A stretch of 64,000 nucleotides of DNA, taken from positions 57,859,375-57,923,374 of the forward strand of contig NC_057718.1 of NCBI RefSeq assembly GCF_004010195.1, written 5' to 3'. Shown here one piece after another: positions 44,500 to 56,099 of this stretch; position 1 is the first letter of the stretch, and every line of letters starts with the position of its first letter. The notes beneath the pieces were generated by a model, which was not told the origin of the DNA, did not search any database, and saw only the letters and a program-made list of their open reading frames with translations. The translations under genes and the position numbers were made by a program. This DNA comes from Chiloscyllium plagiosum. Taxonomy: Eukaryota.

Positions 44500-44939
44500 C
44501 TTTTATGTTTTTTTAATCAAAGCAAAGTACATTGTAAAAATCACTGCAAAACTTTTACTCATGCAAAGCTTACAATCACAAATTAATCTTCTTACATCGA
44601 TTTGTCAGACCAGAATAGGTGGTCAGCCCATTCCATCCCACAGTTTCATAATTGATCAATCAAATGCTTTTGTACTGTAATTCTTTACTGTAAGACAGGC
44701 TGCTTTATACTCTTTTTATACAAAGACATCATGCATCCAAAGGCTTGACACTATCCAGTATGCAGAAAATGATTGGTTTGACAACTGGCAAGCATAGCAT
44801 GTCCTCCATGTCAGTTTGAACAATTAACTCATTAAGATTTGATTGTGCTACTTTGGAAAGATGCTTATCTATTGACTTAATTAACTTTGAGATAAAACAT
44901 TAGTTTAGACATGCTGCTTACCAATTATATGATGGCACA

Positions 44940-45563
44940 TATAAAAGCTGTTCCTCGACTCAAAGAGACTGTCATTGAATTTTTTCCGAGGGGTAATAAA
45001 CGGGCCGGGCTCTGATCAGTCTGGCTTGGTACAGAGATGAAAAGGATTTTGAGAGGCCTTTTGTTAATTTGTAAACAGATGAGCATTCAGGCCAAAGTGG
45101 CCATGTTTTAGAAGTGACCTGTATAATGAAAGGGGGGTGGTCAGCTCTTTAGCTGAGCTGAGCAGTTTTAGTTCAGTCTTGAGCTGGTTGGAAGTTCAAC
45201 AGGGAGCTGTGTGGAAACTCTTTCTTTCTCTTTCTCTGCCCTTCAACTTCAACCTGTAAGCACGTGTTCCACTTATACTGGGTTTTAAAGGGAGTTTGCT
45301 TATTGGGACTGTTGTGTATATTCGGAACAACATAATTAAGTCTAGTTGGATAGGCTGAGTTCTGTAGGGGTTCTTTATTCTGTTCTTGTGTTTCATTGCA
45401 TAATTTTGTGAATAAAGTTTTGCCTGTTTTAATATCTAGTAGTCACCCTAGCTATCTTACTCTGGGTAATTTTCACTGTACACTTACCAAAACAAATTGT
45501 AAAGTTATGGTCTGGGGCTGCCTGCTTAAGAATGTTTTGAGTGGTCTGGCCTAGTCCATAACA
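44940..45563 (+). mobile_element. Solo LTR
   Basis: Begins agctgttcc-like, contains aataaa at ~45411 and ends gtggtctggcctagtccataaca; related to 52275-52890 in opposite orientation. Confidence 0.65.
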
Positions 45564-47464
45564 ACACCATCCAATCAACTGCATAATATTTACACAGCAC
45601 AATTCTATGGCAATCACAAATTCAGCTGATAAATAATACATTATCGCATCTGATTCACTGCGTCTGTTTTAAACAAAGCTTTAGCTTTTCCAGAGTTACT
45701 GTGGCATTTCAGCCCACTATTGCTGAGCTACAAGGTTTGATGTAAATAAACATGCATATTCCTTCAGCCTAAAGCAAATACTTTAAAAAAAAACCTCTTC
45801 CTAATCATTAGGTCACCACCATATGTTGATATTTTTGCTCAAATGGTTTAATCATATGTTTTCTCCCTTTCATTCCATTTACTTAACTTTATTTCAGCTG
45901 ATCCAACAAATTTTAGGCTATATCTACAACTTCATGAACAAAATTGTATTTCAGTTAACTAAAAAATATGGCTTAATGGCCAGCAAGCTCAAAGGAGCTT
46001 GAAATTAGCCATGTGCAAATGTAAGATGAGAAATGTATCCGTATGCACCAATATTGCCCATGAGCTTGGCCACATCATTATCCTGGTGGTACAATGAGGA
46101 AAATCTTCTTTGACTAGAGGGATCACTTTGGTATTGTGGATGTCTCACTGGTACATGACAAAAGTCAAGGGTTTCTAGTCTTACCCCAGCAGGGACCTTG
46201 AAGAAAATGCATCAAAGTTACATAGGCACCACAAAATGCAAAGCACAGACTCAGCCATTTGTGTGACAGCTAGGCATATGAAAGTCGAGGGAACAAATGA
46301 TTTCTCAATTCTAGGAGGATAAATGCAAAGGCCAGAACAATGGAACCCCTTATTTTAACTCAATGTCCATAGGAACATCTGGAGATTAATCTATGAATAT
46401 ATAATAAAACAATGCTAAGTGATTGTCATTGATTATTTTCCCAAGTGGATTGAGCTCAAATATCTATACAGTACAAATCTAAGACTCATGCTGGCCTTAA
46501 AGAAGTTCTTTGCAAAAATGGTATTGCTGACCAATCATAGTCCACAATTTGTAAACGCCCATTTCATACTTTTTATGGAAACAATGGGCTTGTACACTTT
46601 GTAAGGGCCTCAAGATATCTCCAGTGCAATTGTAAAGCCAAAAGGGAAATCGGACTATAAAACTATTGTTAGATTGCTAGAGAGTACAAATTTTCTGATT
46701 TCACTCTGACATTATGGATCAGCTCCATTGCAATGTAGGTTGGCAACATTGATGGGTAGAAAGTTCTAAACATAGCTTCTTATCTCACCCAAAGAAACTA
46801 CTTCCAGTGCTGGAATTCCAGAATTTCAAAGTATTCAAGACTGAGTCTGATCAAGAACAATATGTTTAAATTATAATCAGAGATACCATACAAGGAGCTT
46901 ATCGAAGCCATTTTAAGGAGAAAAGGTATGTGTATGAGATCAAGGTAGAAAAGAAATAATAGTTCAGAGTGATTATAATCAACAGAGATCTTATTCAATG
47001 GATACTGCAGAAGGTACTGTACATAGAAACAGAAGGAATATTATTACTTTTCAAATATGACAATAAGACACACACTTGATAAACCAGACGTTGAGACAGA
47101 AATTGAGAAAATAACCATGTACCAGAAACCCCAGTGAAAGTCATCCAAGTCAAGACTCAAAAGATGACAGCAAGGCTACTGATCATCCAAATGTGACAAG
47201 GACACAATCAGGGAGAGCTGTGAAACCTACTGACTTAGAGATGGGGGAGAGATGGGATTGTACGCAAAAACAAATGTAAATAAGACGGAAGAAAACTTGA
47301 GAGGAGATGTAGTACTAATGTTATATATCAGGTGTTAAAGTTTAATATCAGGGACTGTGTGGCTAGCACCTCAAATAGTGTTGATATAAAAGAACACATC
47401 AAACCTAGAGGGACGTTAATCATGGCTTCAACAAAGTAAGGCTTATGCAAAGCTGTTCTGATGT

Positions 47465-47585
47465 GGAGGAGCCAGTGTTGGACTGGGGTGGACAAAGTTA
47501 AAAATCACACAACACCAGGTTAATCCAACAGATTTATTTGGAAGCACTAGCTTTCTGGGCACTGCTCCTTCATCAGGTAGCTGCT
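47465..47585 (-). mobile_element. Second Penelope-like pLTR family fragment with hammerhead-like core
   Basis: Reverse complement reads cCTGATGAaggagcagtgcccaGAAAgcTAgtgcttcc. Confidence 0.6.
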
Positions 47586-47869
47586 TGTAATTTGTTGTTA
47601 TGTAATAGTTGTTAGTGGTATGGTGATAATGTTAATTGGATTAGTAATCCAAAACCCCAGGCTAATGTTCTGGGGACAAGAAGTTGAAATCAATAAATTC
47701 CTGAAATAAAATGCGAGACTAAAGGGGGGGCATGCAAACACTATGGATTGTGGTAAAAACCCCACCTGGTCCACTAATGTCTTTATCGGGAGGACATTTT
47801 CCATCCTTACCTGGTCTTGCCTATGTGTGACTCAGGCCCATAGCAAAGTGGCTGACTTTTAACTTGAAT

Positions 47870-48280
47870 TACCAGGAGAGGTTATATAATGTAGGCTTGT
47901 TTTCTTTAGAATTTAGAAGGTTAAGAAGTGACCTGATCAAAGTCTTCAAGCTATTAACAGGAAAAGATAGGGTAAATGAAGATAAACTATTTCTACCAGT
48001 TAAAGATTCTAGAACTAGGGGCATAGTCTAAAAATTAGGGCCAGACCATTCAGAAGAGATGTCAGGAAGTACTTCTACACACTAAAGGCTGGAACTCTGT
48101 TTCACACACAGCAGTGGATGCTAAATCAATTGCTAATTTTTAATCTGTGATAAGTAATTTTTTCTAAGAAAAGGATTTAAGGAATATGGTCCAAAGGCAG
48201 GTGGATGGACTTAGGCCTTAGATCAGGCATGATCTCATTGAATGCTGGAATAAAGTAAAATGGCTGAATGGCCTATGTCC
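47870..48280 (+). mobile_element. CR1 3' fragment
   Basis: agaaggttaagaagtgacctgatcaaagtcttcaag; tail ggctgaatggcct. Confidence 0.8.
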
Positions 48281-51200
48281 TCAAGGTCCTCAGCTTCTTC
48301 TGGATTGTCAAGGATGATGCTCATATGTTATGAATAAATTAATATGAAAACAACTAGTAGTTGCTTGAACTCTCCTGTGATTTAATAATCCCTCCAAACT
48401 TGACCTACCAGGAAACAACAAGCTTGCTTCTGATTTTGGCCATTCTTTGAGGTTGGGCTTTCTGTCCCAGAGGGGTGAAATCATACTTCCAGTCATAAAG
48501 ACTGCATGGCAACCACTTCTCCTGGGCTGACTCTCCAGGAGTTCAGTCCAATTTTTATTTGAGAACACATTAGCAATAGATTTCAGGCACCATGTGAGGC
48601 TCTAATAAATGAGAATTGGAAGTGAGTCTCTGTTGGGGAAGTTTACGTCTTTGTAATAGAGCCCAAAGGACCACTCCTGCTGCTCTTCCTAGCCTTACAA
48701 AAACAAGTAACAAAAATCAAATTAAATACTTACCTTGCAAGGCTTTCTCACAACCAATCCACTTTCCCACAGAGTTGATGAAGTGGGAGGCTCATTTCAG
48801 GTTATTGAGTTAAGCTTGCAATAAAAAGGACAAACCATAGACCAATGTCCTTGTCTGTTTCGTTAAAGAGGATAAAATCGTGATATTTCAGCTTTCAGCA
48901 ATTCCAAGGCAGGTAGATAACCTATGTGGCTTAGCTGCCCATCTGTCTAATTTCTGTCAAGTAGGCAGTTAAAATTGCTTTCCTTTTTAAAAGGTGGTCA
49001 TTTCTGCTATAGACCTCATCATGTTTACACTTCGAGTCTATGATACATTGTTTTCCTTATTCCACCTATAACAGCATTTTCACAGAACAACCTGTTTACT
49101 GTGCTTTTTGTAAGACTCTGGTGTTTTCTTAGGAGTCAAAGATTATTTAGATTAGTGATTGCTTTTTCTAGTTATTCCATTTTCTGAATTATTAAGTTGA
49201 GTTAATGTTCATTAACTATTTCACTATTTTTAACAATATCCAGCAAGTTTTCATCACACTGTAAGATATTCCGTACCTAGACCTTTTACCAACAATGTTG
49301 GTAAGATCAGTTTTTAGTTTGACTCCAACAGATTCAACAAAATAGCATATTCCTTGTCCACCTAACTAGTTTGCAAATTAAGGTTCTATTTCACAATTTG
49401 TTAATACATGTCCTGAAACTCTGCTTGAGGTTTGGTGTCATTAAACAAATTATCAGATATTCTGACTGCATAACCTCCAATGAGCACAAAAATGGAGTTT
49501 TCAGCCTTCAGATATTTTGAATGGCATATTTATACTTTCGAAAATGATTTTCTGAAAATGCATAAAATAAATGAATTTCAGAAATGAAAATGAATTATAG
49601 TCTGCAGCATTTATTTTGTCTAGGATGACCTTTGTAAGAATAGCAGAAATAATCTATCCTTATTGTAGTTTGAACATATTGCAAAAATATTACCTTGAAA
49701 TGGCAAAGGTTAAACTACTTAAATTACAATACAAAACAGGAATGAAGAAAAATTAGAATAGAGCGACATCATTTAATCTTGGTTTTGTTGGTACATTTTC
49801 TGCTTAGTTTTTTTTAAAATGCAAAACATGTCCAGAGCATGGCTGCTTTAGAACTGTCATATTTACTCACATCTACAAGTAGAGAATGAAGACCACAGAC
49901 AGCTGCTTCCTACTGAGCCATAATCTCAAAATGCCTGTAATCCTTATTTGAAAACCTGATAAAGATGGAAGCTGGGAGAGGCAGCTGCTTAGGGAAGAGA
50001 CGGAGATGTAAGTAACTGAAAATCTGGCTGTTCAGCTGTAATGAATTCATAAGGTGCTAATTCATCAAGCCCCTATTGCAGAAATACCCTCTGACAGAAA
50101 GAAAAATTGTAGGTGATTTGGAATGGCCTTTTTGAATGGTCAACGGGAGATAATTTTGTGAGAGCAGAAAAGGAGAGGATGATAAATTTACCAGTGTTGA
50201 GGTCACAGGTCCTGGCTGGAAATAAGATGACCCAGCTTCATTTATCGTCGTCTGCTCCTGAATAATAGGATAGATCTCTCTCAGGACTAGCTTGCCTATT
50301 CTCACTTACAAAAACACTTTTAAATTCCAATAAATGCAAAAAAATGCCAAATTCCTTTCTGACTATGGTGAACATTAGTTTGCAAATCAGAAATGATGTT
50401 ATTGGGATTCAATAAATTCAGCTGTAATGAGCCAAGTTTCTTTTGTATTTTCCAAGGCACAATTAAAGCCTCAACTGAGCCCAGCTCCAAAGCAGGGTAA
50501 TTGACTACAATCTGCTCATAGGAAATATTGTCTCTGAAAATTACTCCGATTACTGGAATTGTAAATTGTTATTAGAACCAAATATAAAAATAAAAAAAAA
50601 GCAATGACTGTTTAAAATATTTTGATTGATTTTCTCCCTCTGCACTTGTCTGTTTCTAAGGGGAGTAAATAGCAGATTTCTGGGATTTTAGTCACATACG
50701 TAACTAGATGATGCGACGATTTTAGTCAATACCTTACGTATAAATTATACAGCATCATTCTTAAAAATGGACATTAATTTGATTATAATTCTTGAAGATA
50801 TTTCGGCATAGGTTGACAGCAGTTGAGAAATATATGCTTCTTGTGATCGATACGTTTACTGCGACTAAGGACAGATTTTTTTTGCACTCAGTCACCATTA
50901 AGGCCAAAATGTTCAACAATCAATGACAGCTGTTACATAATCATTTATAAAGCAAGTACAAAAAATTTTGTTTTATTTGAATGGGTTTTACTAAATTATA
51001 GATTTTTGTGAGAAGAAAATGCGATGTAGGGAGGGATATGCGAGTATTTCTTTTCTACATAACAAAATGCATTTTGAAAGAAATATTGCTGAAGGAAGAT
51101 AAGTAAACAAGATGCATTCAGACCTGACCTTTGGGAATTGAACACATAGTCCACCTACTATGACTATTTTCTGATTAATAGTCATTGCTGGTATAGGAAT

Positions 51201-51469
51201 GAGGTATATCTGGAAACAAATCTCACTTTGTTGAAGCATTTTTGCCCTGCTCTCATCAGGATAATTCACAAGAGATGTCAACATAAAATGAGGGGGCGGG
51301 GGGGGGGCAAGAAATCACCTTTCTGAGAGAACACTGATGATGGTTTGCAAGTTTGATAGAAGTGCTCCCACGGGAAGATACTGGTCAATAATGATTGACA
51401 GTAAACTGCCAAGCTTTTGGGAATCAATCAATTGATTGTGGGCATGTGAGGATTGTTCTGTGAGGAGAC

Positions 51470-51872
51470 ATTGCCCTGTACTTCCTAGTGTCACAAGAAT
51501 GAGAGGTGAGCTCATTAAAACACGAAAAAGTCTTGAAGGGCATGACAGGATAGATACACGGAGAAAACTTTTATGGTTGGGAAGTATAGAACTCGGCACC
51601 ACAGTCTGAGAATAAGAATTCCATGATGAGAACTGAGATGTAGGGAAATGTCTTCACTCAAAGGCTAGTGAATCTTTGGAATTTTCTACCTCGTGAATTT
51701 GGTCATGTATGGAGTACCTTCAAGACAGAAATCAGTTAATTTTCCAATTCCAAGAGAATAAATTATATGAGGAAAGGTTAATGAAATAAAGTTGAGGTTA
51801 AAGATCAGCTCTGATATTATTGAATGACAGAACATTCGTGAAGAATTGAATATCCAACCCTTGCTCTTAGTT
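51470..51872 (+). mobile_element. Old CR1 3' fragment
   Basis: agaatgagaggtgagctcattaaaacac (RMRGELIKT) and downstream CR1 3' UTR. Confidence 0.7.
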
Positions 51873-52274
51873 CGAATTTGAGAGTAGAGAGAAGACTATG
51901 TCATCCTCAGAGGCAGAAAGAGCATAAAGGTGGGACTGAATTTTATAATCTCCCATTGGCAGCTTTGCAGTTTGGAGAACACATAAAATTCCTTGAGCAG
52001 CCATCCCACCACCCTCCTGTTTCGTCCTTACAAATTTGTCATTTTAGGGAAGCCTATGGCAGCCTACCCATCCTTGACTCAATAAAGGCCCTTACTTTAA
52101 TGGCTGATTTATGCCCAGTCTCATTATTGTGAGTAAATAAGGTGCAGACATCCATTCTTGAACCAGTTAATCACCCTCAGAGCAGTAAATAGCTACAAGG
52201 TTGACATGATCAGCTGGGTTGTAATCCCTGCTGACTCTTCAGGTGATGCGATAGAAAATTGTGCTTCTGACACA

Positions 52275-52890
52275 TGTTGTGGACCAGGCCAGCCCCTCAA
52301 AACACTTCAAGAAGGTAGCCCAGAATCTAACTTTGCTAGTTGTTTTAGGCATGCATACAGTGGGTATTCCAGGAGTGAATCAGATGGTCAAACCACTTAG
52401 TTTTAAACAAAACAAAATTTATTTCCAAGATTACCGAATGAAACACCAATAACAGAAGCCAGAATACCGAATATCTTATCCTATCCGAAAACCCAACAGA
52501 TCATCCCACTTAATGATGTTGTTCCAAAATACTAGCAACAATCCCCATAAACACCCCATTAGCACAAAAGGTAAAATTAAACAGGTTCTTACAGGAGAGA
52601 GATCAGAGAGAGAGATCCAGTCTGGACCTGCTTCCAGACCTTTCTTCACTATTCAAAAAAACCCAAACCAGAGAGAAGCTGAGCTGGGAGAACCAGCCAC
52701 ACCCCTTTCATTATCCAAGTTTTTTTTAAACTTGAAAGCCTTCTGCCTGAATCAGTATCTTTTAGCTGTAAACAAATTGGCCCTAAAACCCTTCCAAATT
52801 CAGACTTCTCGAAACCTGTGTTGTTTACAACCTCTCTGAAAAAAAAAACCAAGGACAACATAACCTTGTTAAAGGAACAGCTCTGTCACA
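52275..52890 (-). mobile_element. Solo LTR
   Basis: TG...CA termini (tgttgtggaccaggccag ... ggaacagctctgtcaca); ends resemble the reverse complement of 44940-45563. Confidence 0.7.
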
Positions 52891-53049
52891 CATTTCCTGT
52901 CTAATGTGAGGATGACATTTCTAACAATACTTTTAACATAATTTTTTTTAACAGCAATGGAAATACAAGTTTACTACTTTAATTTAGAAAAATGTTGCAG
53001 CTGCTTTATAGTGGTATTATGCACAAAATTGGATATCAAGCTACACAAA

Positions 53050-53570
53050 GTGGATACTAAAGCTATTAACCAAAATCTTGTTCAACAAGATTGGTTTGAA
53101 GGAATGTTTTAAAGGAGGGAAGAACACTAGAGAAGCAAAGACGTTTAGGGAGAAAATTCAAGTATTTAGGCCCTACATTGATGTGGGCAAAGGAACCAAT
53201 GGTGGACTATTAGAACCGTGAAATCTCAAAAGGCTAGAATTAGAAGAATTCAGATAACTAGTAGGGGATGGGCTCTGGAAGTTTGTGAAAAGATTGATAA
53301 GGTGCTTAATATTGAGGTGTTGCTTAACCATGAGCCAGTATTGGATAGGGAGCACAATGGTGAGTGGTAAGCAGGTATGAGTTAAGGCAGGCCCAACAGT
53401 GTTTTTTTGTCATAAAGCAGTAAGTTAATGAAGCATTGAATGTGAGAGATCAGTCAGGTTTATGTTGGTACAGTCCAATCCAAAGGTAACAAAGACTTTC
53501 CTGAGGGTTTCAAAAAACAGTAGCAACTGAACATACTCAAAAAAAGGTTTCTGGGATTCAGATGTCAATT
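53050..53570 (-). mobile_element. L2-type LINE 3' fragment, old
   Basis: gaatgttttaaaggagg...gtttagggagaaaattcaagtatttaggcc...gtccaatccaaaggtaacaaag resembles an L2 ORF2 end in reverse. Confidence 0.55.
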
Positions 53571-56099
53571 CCTGATGTTGCCATAACCAAAGCAGAAGCA
53601 CAAGTTGGTAGTTTTGATGATATCTCAAGAAATTAGTTGGTTGTCAAATATGATATTTCAGGCTGGTGTTTTGCCATTGAGTGGGAAAGTCATGCTGTAA
53701 ATCTTCCATTGCAGCAGATCCAGTCAACAAGATTCACTCAGGAGGGGCAGACATGTGGTTGTTGGGATGGTTGTGTGCCGACAAGTGATTCTGTCATACC
53801 CACTGCTTCCTGAGATTGTTCAGAGGTGTTTATGGGGGTGGTGGACAAGTGGTGAGGCAGGCTGGTTAGAATTCCTTCTTTGGTTCTTTGAATAATTTAC
53901 ATAAAAGGCCACTATTAGATATCCCCCACCTAATAATACTATTCCAACTCATACTGCTATCTCCAAAGTAATGCACCCTGTATTCACTTTGGGCAAACCA
54001 CATGAGCCTGCAAAATAATCCATCTTTTAACAATCTAGCTGACTCTCTCTCACACCAACTTCCATTGTGAACATACATCCCATTTGTAAAACCTATTCAA
54101 AGATTTTAAATCCCTTCATGTGGTTGATTAATCTGTTGTAATAAAATCTTCTACTCACTAACAATTAGTAAAGACAGCTAATCTGCTAATTACCTCCTAA
54201 AATTGTCAATCAAAACATGAACTATGGCCCCCTGTGGAGATAAGTTACGTTGGAGCTCTTGAAATTCAGAATAGCATTTACAATAGGCTCAGCTATAATA
54301 ACAGCCATTGGCAAATGTCAAAAATGAAGACTATTGGAGCTGCAGGAATATATGGCTAATAATTTCTTTTTGAAAACTACACCTACTAGTCTATCAATCA
54401 ATACACTCCAGTCGTGGGATGGCCTGTCAATTTATAAAGAGCTGGAGATCTGAATCACTTCATATCTTCACACTTAAATATAACTTGCTTTCACAAGTGT
54501 TTATGACTCCTTTATGAATTTATGACTGTCATTCTGTGTATCAAGTCATTGTGTTGGTCTGAACTGAGGACTACTTTGTAATGCACTTTGCTGAGTTTGG
54601 ATTCATGACCTGCATGGTTTGTGCCCTTCCCCCTTTCTGGCAAACGTGGAATGTGCTGGAAATGAAGCTAGGATTTCAAGTGTGAGTTCTACCTGCCATT
54701 TTTAAAGTGTCATGCATTTGAAGCACCATGAGGAAAATCCAAACAGATGGTAGAGCAGCCTAACCTAGCCTAGGAAAGCTGTCAGGAAGCGGGATGGGGC
54801 TGGCAGCTAAAGAATGGAACTAGTAATGGGAACCAACGACAATGAGCTGCATTTTAAATTCTGGAGGCCTGGGTAGATTCAGGTGCAGGTGCATAGCCCT
54901 GAAATGTGATGCTACCTTAAGAATCCAATGTGATGCTGTCCACTTTCAGGTTTAACCAGAGTGCATTTGAATGTGTACAGGAAAGTCCCTTACAGCTGTC
55001 AATGGGACATCTGCAAGCTCTCACTTAACTCAGTAGTTAATCCAGAACTTTGGATTTAACAACCTGTATATAAATTTCCCAATCTGTGTGGGAATCACTC
55101 GAGTCACGATGTGAAAGCTCAGCACAGCGTGCTCATCAATTGAACGTGACCAACTGAGAAGCTTTCCAAAAGTGAAACTGACTAGCCCTACCTAGGTGAA
55201 AGATTAGTGCTCGCAGCCCTCATTCGCACTGCTCAATACATGATGTCCTACTCTGGAAGTCCATTTACCTGTTTTTCAATTTGCAAATCTTTATCTGATA
55301 TTCCCAGCAGTTTTTTTGCAGCTCTAGAGTCAAAAGGAACATTTTTTAAAATAGTTAAAAAGTCATGAATGATTTGATTTAAAAAAAAACTTTAGTAAAA
55401 CAATGCCACTGTACAATTCATTGCTTTTAGTATGGTAGGTGAATGGTCATTGACATGCCATACCTTGATGGGCCATGGGGGTTATTTGAGAACAGGAGTT
55501 GGCATGGATGGGGCATGGCAATGAGAGGTTTGAGGGATGAGGACTGCAGAGCCTTTCTCTATTTTACTACAGCTTTGATGAAGTGCCACAATGTGTTGTA
55601 CTCTTTAAACAGCCCATCTCCACAGTGGCAACCGCTATGGTTGCTTTTTCATTTTTCTTCGGGTCCGCTCACCCAAAATAAGCCAGTCCCTGCTCCCTGA
55701 CCATAAAGGTCCTACCTCCAGCATTAATACTTCCCAAGGCAGTTGTACAAAGCTGGGAATTTTTCCCAATTCTCATTACCACCTTAACAGTGAAAATTCT
55801 GTACATTACCTCTGCTTTTACTCTGCAAAAATGATACCTGATCTATTGGGTGTCTCTGCACTTTTGTTGTATTTTGTTCTCCTCAAAGAATAGAAAATAG
55901 AGAGTTGTGAAGGAAGAATGTAGAGGAAAGAAGGAAGGACAACTTTATGGAGGGTGTTTGTGACAGGCAGGGACACGTTAGCATCACTGGTCCAGTGGCC
56001 AGAGTATGTGGTTCAGAATAACAAAGCATAATAGTTTTGATTTCGCCTTGCAGTTGAGATGGACTTGGGACCTCTCTCCTCATGCTGTCCCCGGAATGG

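Larger units (their letters stand above)
41330..47435 (+). mobile_element. Highly decayed Gypsy LTR retrotransposon with nested insertions
   Basis: Protease QLDTGVSVS at 42241; RT ICHMDNILVHG at ~43333; integrase IVIDYFPKWIE...LTNHSPQF at 46419-46560; PPT-like gagaggaga before tgtagta at ~47308. Confidence 0.75.

Noticed and set aside
54222..54240. CTCF-like site tggccccctgtggag
   Set aside because: Only a partial match to the core motif; not distinguishable from chance by eye.
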